This document shows positions 37,360 to 49,531 of a DNA stretch of 64,000 nt, one piece after another (the stretch's first letter is position 1; every line of letters begins with the position of its first letter). Source of the stretch: Catajapyx aquilonaris (taxonomy: Eukaryota); assembly GCA_000934665.2 (NCBI GenBank), contig KZ538037.1:62001-126000 (forward strand). Reading direction: 5' to 3'. The notes beneath the pieces were generated by a model. That model saw only the letters and a list, made by a program, of their open reading frames with translations, made no database searches and was not told the DNA's origin. Both the position numbers and the translations under genes were made by a program.

Positions 37360-37950
37360 CCCCCTGAGGGGGTGGGGCAAGTCGGAACTATCATTAGTGT
37401 TGGAGACACCGAGTGTAAATCGACGGCGTAAATGAAGCAGAGGGGGGGAAGTGATTGGGTGAATGTGTGCATGTGTGTGGAGGGGGATGGCGGGGTGGGA
37501 GTTGCAGGGTAGATACCCCCATTTATTTGGCTAGTGCTGTGGTGAGGCTCATTTTCTCCCTCGGACTGGTTAAGCCCATGTATATAGGTATGGGGAGGTA
37601 GGGTGAGGATGAGTACGTGGTAGGGGGGAAAAGGGGGGGAGTAAAATGCTGCGCAATTTTCCCGCGGCAAACGCGGCGTAACTTTCGCGCGATAAGCTAC
37701 AAAAACAGTTCTCTCTGCCTCCCCCACCCTATTCTCCATCCCCTGCCAGCCATTTGCCCAATAGCCCAAGCGCAGGTCACTAGCATAGAGCATGCGCTTA
37801 GAATGGGGGGATAGGAGGGGATGCTATAGGATAGGGGGAGGGGGGGTAGATTTTTGCACTGGTCTAAGCCGGCGATTTGCACAGGGTGGGGGAGGGGGGT
37901 TAGTTGAGGGGATAGAAGAGGGAGGGGAGCAAAATGGGCGGGGTGGGAGA
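37360..37950 (+). other. Dense G-run region with multiple potential G-quadruplex motifs
   Basis: Many GGG+ runs with short loops, e.g. GGGTGGGGGAGGGGGG..GGGG at 37883-37911. Similar tracts at 8517-8548, 14100-14200, 27066-27134 and 39141-39210. Confidence 0.6.
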
Positions 37951-40900
37951 GAATGTCGCCAAATCTGTGCCCCAGGCTGAAATTAGGACCCATTTGCCTG
38001 TACCTCGGCCATTCGGCTACCGCGCTGCACCTGACACTAGCGATATCCCTAAGATGAATGCGGCGATATTTCTCTATCGATTAGGCGCGCTTACTGCGTG
38101 CACCAGCACTCGGCGCCGAGCACTTCCAAACTCCTCTACCCACCGACGCCACCACCGCACCACTCTCCAAACCATCTGCTCTACAGAATAGGCCTAGCTC
38201 AACCATAGTCTAATTGAACCGAAAAATTGCTAAAGAACTGCAAAGTCAACTTTCAGAGAAATAGTTTCACTATAAATCACAAATGTCATACTACTAATCC
38301 CCTTATTCTCTCCGTCTGCTTATATGTCCGTCTAGGTAGTAGTTACCATAGTTTTCACTTTCCTCGTTCAACAATTAGAGGACATAATATAGTGGTCAGA
38401 GAGGATGGGACCCACTTCAATGCAGGAGAGACACGCCTGGTGGGCTTTGTCCGCGCTGTGACTCATCACCAACGTGTAACTTTTCCCCTGAGAGTGGCAG
38501 TAGTGTTCAGAGGGACAGCCTATGCGCCAACTGGTAGGGGCATGTGTACTACTTCCAATTGGGGATGGGGGGGGGGGAGGAAGCAGTGTTGCCAAAATTT
38601 GGCAGTTGGAAATAATGGCTACTGGATGGGACCCATAATATATAACTGTTGGCTTCACTTTAACAAACTGCAATCAGTTTTCACTTTGATGAAGATTTAG
38701 TCGCCGCTTGAGCCTTAAGATGCGATCCTAGTGATGACTATAAAGAGACGGAGTGGCTCACATCAGTTGCATATGATTGAATTAACTCGCTCATCCATAG
38801 GCATGACCACCATTTAAGCCTCTGGGTTTTACGAGGCGACAAGCTTGAAACAAAGGATCTACGGCTCGTCATTACATTTTCTGTTCTTTTTCTTTGCCGG
38901 ATTTACAGGGCGTCCTTGTTACCTCCAAGTTTGATATACGATGGGAAGAAAACGCCCAATAACTAAGTATAAAGGTTGGCCTAGTCGAGCCAAGATTTAC
39001 AGTTGAGGCCATTTCGCTTCAAAACTTTTCTCCCCCTTCCTCCATCCCCTCTGCACGCTCATTAGGAAGCAACAAAATGCATTTATGATTTAAAATGCAG
39101 ATTGGAATAGATTAAGCAACGTGCGTAGCATGTGCATGTAGGGGAGGGGGGGGGGAGTGCAGTGGAAACCAATAATAATTCGGCAGGGGGTAGGGGGAGG
39201 TAGGGGGGGAGAAAAAAGTCATAGGGCAGGTCAGAAAGTACCAGTCCAAAATTATTTTACGACTGTAGAGGAGCGTGCTGGTTCCTTTTAATTGCTTTGT
39301 TTCACCTTGTTTAGCGTTGTTAAAATTTGTTTTGCGGGGGATTGTAATTACCAGCAGGAGAAGACCCGTTATGACGGCTGCTGCTAATGAGGGTTCAATG
39401 CGGTCATGAAGGCCAAGTTTGCAGGACACTAGGTGGAGGGGGGGTTGGGCCCAGAAATGGTATATTATTGTCCGCTGGCTTGTTTAGCAACATTGTGGCT
39501 GGCCGTTAACCCACAACTACTTGACGCTTGATTCGAGCCAACACGCACAACGTTGTAAAATGGCGAAGATATATGGAAACGAAACTCCGGTTGATGCTAG
39601 TTGGAAGTGCACATATATGCAGAGAATTCTCAGGTGGCATAAAAATTAATCTGGCTGGCCTGGAAACAAAAGAGTGTAAAGCGATACAAACACACGTCAG
39701 AGAGCAGCAATTTTTTTTCGGCGTGATGTGAGCAGCATGACATTCCTGATACAAACTGTTATATACACTCGAGCATAAATATGATCCTGAAGTTATGAAC
39801 TTTGCTGACATTTTCAGTGCTATTTTCAGACTGAATTACTGCTGCCTGTTAATTTATTATAGTGACATTGGCTAAAAATATCTGATGGTGGCAAAAAAAT
39901 AAGCGTGTGCAACACGCTTGGTCTGCTAAATCCTTATTCTCTTGACCGCGAATACCCAGACTGAATTTGTTGCAAGGGCCCTCCTCTTGACTGCTTCCAC
40001 ATGTGTCCATACACTCGACCGCTCTTTAACGAACGTGAACAGTATACGTTAGGCTTTTAGTACTTGAAGGAACATAAATTTTGTGTTTCTTCCTCCCCAC
40101 GTCGTTTGGCGTAATGATCTTTTCCTTTTTCCTTTCTTCCGCCGATTTCCTTTCGCCTTACACCGGCGACCATCACAGTGGAGGAGAAAAAAAAATTTGC
40201 AAGTGTGACCTTGCCATTCTCCTAGGTGTCCTGAGGTCACTCAAAAGACCGCACACGTGGACAGGTCTTAAATATAATTATATAATAAAAATTTGGGGAT
40301 ATGTATATAGTTTTAAGGGTACGTAGAATTTTTAGTGCTGGACCACTTGGGATTTTAGAAAAATGGAGACAGTGCCGCCCTCTGATTAAGGGGTTCGAAG
40401 ATTTTTCTTCAGATTTCTAGAGCTGTCATAACGTCTTCTAGATCGGTTCCTGGAAGGCGTCAGAATAACGAGGCTTTCACTGATTGTGGAAGTAGGAAAG
40501 GTGATAGCGCTAAGTGACCTAGGGTCATTAGGCAACAGTGTCGCATGATGGAAACGGCCAGTCATAAGTCATATGAAAATAGGGGGATTTCTTTTGTCGG
40601 CTTAGTTCGGCCCTTTTTTTTACCCCCCTTCTCCAACAGAACATCCCCAGACTCACAAATAAACTTTGTTTTAAGTCCAGTCCTGTTCTGGAGCATAAAT
40701 CAGACCCAATTCTTTGGCTTTCCCTTCCCTAGCACTGAAATTTGAGACTGCAGTAAATAAGATTAACCTTATCGAGGGTTCTACCTCTCCCCCCATCTCC
40801 TTTTTCAGCTCCACTTGGGGTTAGTTTGGAAATGGCTACGCTTGTGCCAAAATACTCTCCTGATAAGATTGGATTGCTAAAGGTCATTTCTGATTGGGCC

Positions 40901-43900
40901 GTGAAGTTGGCATTGTTCCGATGCGTCTTTTGTAAGGTGGCGTAAAACTGACGCCCACAAAGATTGTTGAAAACCCCTGCTGTGCAGCAGTCACTTGTAT
41001 GCTTTTCTCACACCTATCTAAAAAGTGGGACTCATCCATAAAGAAATCCTATACGTCACTCATAAACATAAGAGGCGGAATAGGATATTCAAATCCTGGT
41101 TGTCTCCTGCTCATAAACTATTCCCATTAATAATAAGTCCATCCATCTTTTCCCCCATTTTCTGCCTAATATGGAGACTCCCTGGAAGTGTTTGGTTATG
41201 GCTCCCCCACCATTGTTGCAAGGTCAGAAGAATAGTGGACACGGTTATAATAAGTAAAATACTGTGGTTTTAGTTGGCAAGAACCGATTTGATGCCTCTT
41301 GTAATTTTAAACGGTGGAAATTGTTGCCTGCAGACAATGATAGGAAGGCTTTCCGGGTATATAGAGACGGAAGAAGAGTATAGGGGGAGAACCTGTTTGA
41401 TTGAACCAATTAAGGAAATGGAATTGAAGGGAGAGTTTATTGCACCTGGTCGGGATTTCCAACTAGATCGGCGGAAAGGCCTTCTTCTCCCTTGGGAAAC
41501 GATAAAGAAAAGCAGGCCTTGCCGATTTTTGTTCCAAACTGAAGCTCAAAAGTCGTGTCTCTATTTTAAATATAGGCCAGTTTTATGCCAGATATATTAT
41601 GAGAATTAGTGTGTCTTTTTTGATGGCCGGCTGAAGTGTTTGAACATGTGTCATGCAGAACGATTTGTACCGTTTGTAATGACTTTTCTGACGATATTTT
41701 TTGGAGGTATTCAAGTGTTTCGGGTTCGATTCATTCAAGGTGTGCGAGGTTGCCAAGCCAACTATTTTTTTTTGTGTGCCTACTTTAGAGAGGAGCTAGA
41801 GTCTTTCTTCCAGCGTCGTCCAATAAAGCTACACGGATCTCAGACAGCCATAACATTTGGGGTGTTTCGGGCTGGAGAAAGGAAAGAGAGAGGGAAAGTT
41901 TTTAACTTTCCCTCCTTCACATTTTTTTTGGCTAGAATTGATGGCATCTTCTGAGAAATTGTCAACTTTAGTTAGTATAAGTCATGCTGGATGAAACTAT
42001 TTTTAAAGGTGTTCTAGGCCTGATTTTGTTGAGTAGGCTGAATAGTTTTACACCTGTGAACAGAAACGAAGTAAACCGCCGCATTTTATTGTATTTTTTA
42101 TATCACGGTGTCTGATATCTTGTTACATCAGAGTTAAGCCCGTTTAATGATTCATAGGTGAATAGATCGGACCATTTATTCGGCAATTAAGGCCACAAAC
42201 ACCATATTGCACGTTTACATTATTTATGAGGTATAACTGACAACATAATAGATCAATAATCCAATGATTGCCGCGTCTCCGTGCTGAGACCAAACATGTT
42301 TATTTTGAAATTCACACATTGAACGCATCCAGAGCAGTTTGTTTAATTTAAGTTAATGCAATATTCGGTGTTTTTGATTTTTGATCAGGTTTGCAGTCAT
42401 CTTCTTTCTGCTCTATAAAAATATAATGAGCTCCTTATGGTGCAGAAATAGTGTCTTTTTAAAGCTCATAAAGATAAATAAGGCTATTCCTCCGAACAGC
42501 AAGCTTCTGATTTAAGAGAGTGACCACTGTTCTTCCTAGAGATGTCACAGGACAAGTGAGGGCCATATAATCAGACTCTTTTATCAATGATCCGAGATGC
42601 TGATGGTGTGTAAATGCAGCTGTAAAAATGATTTTTTATTTTCCCGACGGGTGTATTTAGATGGCAGCTTTCTATGCGACACCTTCCCAACCAAAGTCCC
42701 CCAATCTCCAACAGCTTAGAAAAGAGGCGCCGCAGTCTGTGGTCAGCAATAGCCCTCCGCAAGATTTAGGAGAACTGATAGTCAGGGCTGCCAAACGATC
42801 TCCCTAAATGCTGACAAAGCTAGGGGGATGGCATTTCCGCATCTGATAGGTACAGGCAACCAGGTCTCTTCTAAATGATGAGGGGCTTTTCCCCTCAAGA
42901 TTTCATGCCCGGGTAAACACTGGCATAAAGATTACGTGGACGGAATGCAACAGACCTACCTTTCCCAAAATGGCTTTTAGACGCTTATAGACTATTATTC
43001 TAAACCCAGATTTATTTTTCCTGGCAGGTATGCAACCAGGCGCTTGCGTAATGTAATCTGCGCGGCAGGTGCAGTGACTGGAATCATTTTGGCGAGGCCT
43101 GGTTAGATGGGAAAGTAGGGGGTGGAGGAGAAGAGGGGGGGAGGAAAGAAATTGGAGGGATTTGGCGGGCGGTAGGTCGTGTAAGCCCGCTTTAATTGAA
43201 GCGGCCCGGAGGAAAAGGAAGGCTTGCTTGGGGAGCCCGCTGACGTAATTTGGTAGCCCTGATAGTGGAGTCGTTGTCGAGCAGATCCGGCGGCGAAGAG
43301 GGTGCGTCCATTCCATCCGAAATGGGAAGATTTACGAGGGTTGTTATGTCATCTGCAATGTGCTCTCAGCCGCCGTAAGCGGACAGGCTAACTGCCTCCG
43401 GTAGCGCCTTCTTCTTTTGCGCACCAGGAAAGGCACAGGCTGGCACGTTACCTCAGAATATGCAGGTTTGCAAAAATATATTTTGCATAAGGACTAACAG
43501 CCTTGTCAGACTATTGCACGCGCTTGGTAACACCAGTGGCGCGATTACGGTTGTGTAACATTACATCAATCGAGGCATGTGTCATGGTGGTGATTTATGA
43601 TCACGAACTGATGTAACTAAGTGCTTCCACTTTCACATCAATGTACGCGTATTAGCAGAACGTGCCGGTGTGGTCAAACAGCCTGGGGAATGCTGTTGGT
43701 GACCTGGAAGATGTCACGGAGGTCATTGCAGCACCGGGACTGATATCAAAATGCCCTCTCTTTCAAAGTTGATATAAATGAGAGGAACTTTTAGCCAGCA
43801 TTGTTAAGCTTATACTGTATAAAGGGATGGGAGCACTAAAACCTGCTTTAGGGAAGACATTGAAAATCTGAGCGCCTTCCGTCGTCTTCCAAGAGTTACG

Positions 43901-46900
43901 AGATTACTGCCAAAAGGACACTTATGTCGAGGACATAAAAAGAGACTACGAAATTTAAATCAAGTGGTACCTGGATTGCGCGACCTGCGGTACCTGTTTT
44001 TTTCGAGACTATTTATAAGGACATGTGAGTTACAAATGGTAATATACAAGTAACCGTCTGCACACCTCTATATACATTCCGATAAGGGTGATGGCCGTCT
44101 AGTGGTCTTGGCTCTTTGCTCTAATGCACAGTTGTTGCCGCTTGATTTCGTGAGATTTACGCGCTAGTCTGCTCGAGGAAATGACATGTTGCGACTTTTT
44201 TTCTTCTTCTAAAGTCAGGGTCGATTACACTCGTGGCAATAATTTCTACGGCATGTCTGTTTATTCGGTGATTCGGATTCAGTGGAGGGTGAGAGTAGAT
44301 TGCATTGAGAGTAATTTATGATATTCTCGGACGTCTATACGTTTATGGAACAAAATCTCGTGCATGTCAGAAAATATATAAGTGAGGAATTCGATCGGAA
44401 AACATCGTGCAGTTGGTATCAAGGTTGGAAGTCAAAACAGTGACTAATATCAGAAGTAATGTGCTGAAAGTTGAATCAACCTTGCAACTTCCTATAAACC
44501 CACGAATAATTATTGAAATAAAAGGGGACTGTTGTGAGAAAAACTTGAGTAGCAGATCAAGAATAAGCCGGTTTCAGAACTTGAATCTGGTTCTATATCG
44601 TGTACACGACATAATTGATCGCCTTTGTTCCAGAATTATTTTGACGCGTGTATTAGCCTATCGCACAGTATAATTTATTACCAAGCTATGCACATAATTT
44701 TTAAGGCACGCAAGCATGACTATGTGTAACGTTCTGCTCTAATTCATGATTTTTTTTGTCAATTTATTAAAGCCTGAAGTACCCCTTGTCAACCCGATGT
44801 GACGTAATAAGCCAGAGTTAATTTGACGCAGCCAACTAAGATTTTATTTATAAACAGGTGAAATATTTATAAAGGAGCTAACTTATGAAACACCATATTT
44901 GATTATTTTCTGAAACTTGATTGTAGTGACCACCCAGGTGTTTTTGACCAAATTATAGAAGGCACAGGTATCATTACTGGTATGCAGCTATTTCAACTTT
45001 GAACCTAAGTCACATATACTGCATTACAAAAATATCCTTTAATGGAAGAGATTTTTTTTCTATCCTGTCTCCTATGAGATGTTGCAAGTATTTTTTTCCC
45101 CCTTCCTTTCTCTTTCTGGTCGGTACCAGAAAAAAAAGATCCATCCAGTGGGGACGAGGGGTTGCGGCTGGTGCTTGTAGCTATTGTAAATTTTATTGGG
45201 TCCCCGTAGGCAGGAATTTTTTATTGGCGCGTTCCAGCACGTTGGGGAGGTTCTTGTCAAGTTGGTGGAAGAGTCATGGCAAAAGGCTTTTTTGAGGGGG
45301 GGGGGGGGGGGATTGCGCGCGCATGATTTTTTTTCAGTTCTTCCTTAAACCTCTCCCTTCCTTTTCTTTTTCTTCGAAGCCAACCATTCTTTCCGCCATC
45401 ACCACATCTAAGGGGGGGTCGCACATTCTTCTGGCAGCACTCAAAATCACTTCCATGTGTAGACTATACTTCAGCGCGACGCATCTGGCTGCACATATTT
45501 TTCTTTCTTTGTTGAAGGATATATTATAAAAGCATCCTCCAACCAGAAGACACCATATTTTAGTTTTAGTAGTTGGGTCTAAACAAGTGCGGTGTCTTTT
45601 AGAAGCGACAACGATATGCAGTGTCCCAACATCCTTACTTGACGCGTCAAATGAATTTTCCGCAAGCTGGCAGCACACGCATGAGCATAGTCACCGTGGG
45701 ACTAATAAAATCCCTGCCGCGAAACGTCTGCAATATTGTAGCTCATCATGGGCACATGGCAATATTTCATCACGGGGGTCAAATATACAAAAATCCTCCC
45801 ACCGTGAGTCTTAGGATCCTTCCCCAACACTTCTTTTTATGGCCCCTGATAATAGCTTGTGAAATTCCCTCATCACGCCCAGGTCCTCGGGGATGCGTCC
45901 ACTGTAAACAAATACTAGTTTGGCACCCCTGATTTTTTTTTTTAAACCCCCAAAAAAGTGTTCGGTTCTACCATTATGAGTTATACTGTATAAAATAATA
46001 TGGTCAAAGCCCGGACCTGTAATTGGGAGATAAGCTGCTTCTTCATCTACTCGGGAAACCATTTGACCCTCCCCTCATTCGGTTAATATCAGGCGATTTG
46101 ATTTAGTTGCGAAAATGCCAGGAAACAACCCTCACCCCTCCTTGGATCGTAAACTGATAAACTTGATATAAGCTGGCCACGTCGCCTGTGGGCTTCCAAT
46201 ATTTTCTAGGGGGGGGGGGGGTCAATTTATACCGAGGAAGAACGCGGGTAAAGCCGGGAGGGTTCTAATTAACAAGTAATGGCAATTAGCTGTTTGCGAC
46301 GCACCCTTATTTCATTAGGACGACTGAGTGTCAACCGGTCTAGGTACCCTCCAGAATTTTTGTTGCTTGAAGGAGGTACGACGTGCTCGGGATAATAAAT
46401 TTGTGCGAGAACACGAGAAAATTGTGTCTGGAAAAATGCAGCTAGGGAACAACGTGGGGAGACTTTCAATCACGCGGCGTAATGATTACAATAAAAATTA
46501 CATCAGGCGCAGGACTGTGTTTCTGTCTTGAAGGGGGCTTCATCGAAACAATCTGCATGGGGGTCGTAAATTACGCGTAATTACGACTTGCAGTTAGTAT
46601 GAGAGGCTACTTCTCAGCAACATACGAAGCTACAATCTCCTGGCTCGACCCTGATGGCGGGTGTTTTTTGTTGTTGTTGTTTTTCTGGTTGACTGGGCTG
46701 TGAAAGGTCACGTACATTACAAACGAACACCCGAGGGCTACACCTTTACGCCTGCTGTCATTCAACAGCTGCCTTGATAGAATGCTAATGCACTTTTATC
46801 AGCTGTCCAACACACGAGTTGCGTTCGTATATTATGCATGTGGCGCTGTACATATATGGTCGTTACTTTAGCGGCTAACAAATATTTTCGATTCATGTAT

Positions 46901-47036
46901 AACTGTGCAAGGGACAATATGCAAAATTAGATTGATGCTAACAAAATTTCAATTGCTTCATTACTGTTTCAAAAACGATGAGCTCCATTTGCAGGGAATT
47001 CTTGTCAGTTACTTTTCCTTACAGTAATACACTGAT

Positions 47037-47164
47037 GCCTGATAGTTGCACCAACTGAATTACCAATCCGATAGCTCCTAACAGACCGTTAGGTATACCT
47101 TTTAACATGTGCTAATGATCCGTTAGGAGCTATCGAATCGGTAATTTCGTTGGTGCAATCGGGC
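47037..47164. mobile_element. ~128-bp degenerate hairpin MITE, Harbinger-like
   Basis: Left TTGCACCAACTGAATTACCAATCCGATAGCTCCTAAC versus right GTTAGGAGCTATCGAATCGGTAATTTCGTTGGTGCAATCGGGC. Confidence 0.75.
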
Positions 47165-48311
47165 ATAAGTTTGTTGCCGTATGTAAATTCACATCGGATA
47201 AAAGTTGAAGAATTATTAAAAACTTACTTTCATATACAACCGGCCTTGTTGAAATAATCTTGACATATTTTTGCAAGTGAGGCAATGTAACACTCAAATT
47301 TTGAATGACAACCTGTGAACTGAAACTAATGCAAAAAAAAATCGCATTCCAACGAGCGGTTCTACGCACACCCTCTCTTTATGCATGCACATTGGACCGC
47401 CGCCATTTTAATTATGCGGCGATATTTATTGGTCCCCTTACATTACTGAATATTGCGCACGTAGAGCAAACGCCATTACTGCACTGAAGCCAACCGCAGA
47501 TGCTGCAGCTTCCTATATCAATGGTTGGGCATTCATGCATTGGATGCCACAAAGGACGACGACCATCCAATCCCGCCATCCCTCTTTGGTCACCCTCTGT
47601 ACATTCACAAGCCGGTGCAAATGGAAGATTTACCGTCTCTGTTTGTCTTGGCGTTGGCCGATTCAAAGTTTGAAGGTGAAAAAAGGCCACCTCCCTAACC
47701 CCTGTTCATAGCCCCTAGGCGTTTCTTAGGTCCTTCTGGTGAGGCTGCAACCAGTCAAGTACTCACCACAGAAGTCGATGGACGGTTGGATGACTTGGGG
47801 TCCACTTTGAAAAATCCAACGACACTAGGACACTCACAGTAGGAAACTCTTCGTCCTATTTTTGGGCTTCTTCCGCACATCTCTGAGTCTCCTTGGCGGA
47901 GAAAGGTGGACAATTGAAGATGGCCTCGCGCAAAAGGGGGACAGTTTCAACTTTCACCCGGGGGACAATTTGCTTATAGGGTGGACCTGACTTTTTTTCA
48001 CTCACTTTCTCGAGCTCTTGATGAGGATGAAATAGCCCTCTTGCAAGGCTGTGGATTTTCCGAGGGGGATCATCGAAAAAGGATGGAGAGAGGGTGAGTT
48101 TTATATAGTGAAGAGTGGAAAAACGTATATGATTATAATTAGGTAATTATTTTATATTTATTAGAATGGCGCGAAGAGTTTGACGTCGTTTCTGATAATA
48201 TATTCCATTTTTTTCACACTGAAGTTTACACAAAATTCATGATGAGATGGAAAGAAACTCTCTGGTCATTGGGGGATTATAAAATATGCTGACCTTGTCT
48301 TCCAGAGTATA

Positions 48312-48403
48312 CAGGGTGTTCCAAGTATTTGGGTCACTTCTTGATAACTGATATCGCCCGATAGCAGTTATCAAATAGTGATCCAAATACTTGGAACACC
48401 CTG
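48312..48403. mobile_element. 92-bp near-perfect hairpin Tc1/mariner-like MITE
   Basis: TA|CAGGGTGTTCCAAGTATTTGG ... CCAAATACTTGGAACACCCTG|TA: 21 bp perfect, with pairing continuing almost to the centre. TA TSD. Confidence 0.9.
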
Positions 48404-49134
48404 TATATACCTGGACTCTCAAGAGTATGGCAGTATAATTTTACATCATTACTGCAAGAAACAGTTTTGCATGAACGAGGTCGTAACTGAATGAAACTAT
48501 TAAATTATTAATAAAACAATACTTTAATAATTAATTAACAGTTATTACAACAGAAGTACATGTAGCTGAATATTATCCAATACAGTATGTGGTGTGGAAA
48601 GATAATAATGATGATGGAAGGAATACTGTTTACAAGAAATATGTTAGCGGCTGCAATTATTAAATATTGGTGACATCAACACTATGTTAATGAGTGAAAA
48701 TATCATGATAGACAGAAAATGCGACCCTCATTATTGGTTATGGAGTCACCTAACTTGTAAGATATCTAGTATCATACTAATGAAGGCGACACCACAATTT
48801 AATTGCCCCCCTCCGGCCCCTCTTCAAGCCAAAAATGGTGTATAGCATGAAGGTCTTAGAACTGGTCAATGAATAGCCTTGCTTCTCCCTTACGCGGAGT
48901 GAAACAGGGTATACTGACCATCTTGCATGACTGGATCTATCAGACGGGCAAAACATCACAAAAAGAGAAACAAATGACATTAATTCATTACATATGCAGA
49001 CTACTACTACATGATATTTATTTGTCTTTGACTTTGTGACTTTAAATGAATGTGAACATTACTTGCTTAAATATAGGATAAAGAGTGCATTATTTTTCAA
49101 ATTTAAATTGTTTGCTAATTTATATCGCCTTATA

Positions 49135-49531
49135 CAGGGTGGTCCAACTTCAAGTGTCGTTTTATAACGGCTATTAATAGAAGCGCTTTACGATTATCGT
49201 AGCAGCCACGTGTAAAATGGCCCACTTCGGCGCCATCGAAAATATTAGCTGTGTTTCGTTTGCAGGCTTCCCCCTTGCATTACAGGTCCATGGTCCATCT
49301 GGTGCCTTGGACGTCACCCATTTCACCCAGGCGCATCGCAGGTCATGTGTGCACCTCCTTTTTCTAGGTCAACCCAGCAGCAGGGTTGATTACATGTGTG
49401 CTGCTATTGGCAGCTAATATTTTCGATGGCGCAGAAGCGGGTGGGACATTTTACACGTCGCTGCTACGTCATCGCAAAATCACTGCTATTAATCGCCGTT
49501 ATAAAACGACACTTGAAGTTGGACCACCCTG
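49135..49531. mobile_element. Complete Tc1/mariner-like MITE, family A copy 2, with ~150 bp of unrelated central sequence
   Basis: TA TSD (49133-34, 49532-33). Outer 37 bp of the TIRs are perfect (CAGGGTGGTCCAACTTCAAGTGTCGTTTTATAACGGC); arms are ~115-130 bp. Homologous to 12284-12512. Confidence 0.93.

Noticed and set aside
37161..37793. Longest ORF (210 aa, minus strand)
   Set aside because: Pro/His-rich translation of the complement of G-runs; no domain or recognisable homology.
21604..42790. Partial matches to miR-124 (GGCACGCGG, ~21605) and miR-184 (GGAGAACTGATA, ~42769)
   Set aside because: Only 9-12 nt, incomplete seeds and no hairpin. No full conserved miRNA (miR-10, miR-993, iab-4 etc.) was spotted by eye.
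43650..43780. KQPGECC peptide reminiscent of a VWC domain
   Set aside because: A stop codon follows almost immediately, the other cysteines are missing and the splice signals are weak.
39425..44106. CTCF-like motifs (CACTAGGTGGAG at 39427; reverse CCACTAGACGGC at ~44094)
   Set aside because: Imperfect matches expected by chance; they cannot be supported without PWM scoring or ChIP.
12111..49417. Two ORFs both starting MAHFGAIENISC (12111..12455 and 49217..49417)
   Set aside because: Both start inside the arm of the same MITE family; they are not paralogous genes.
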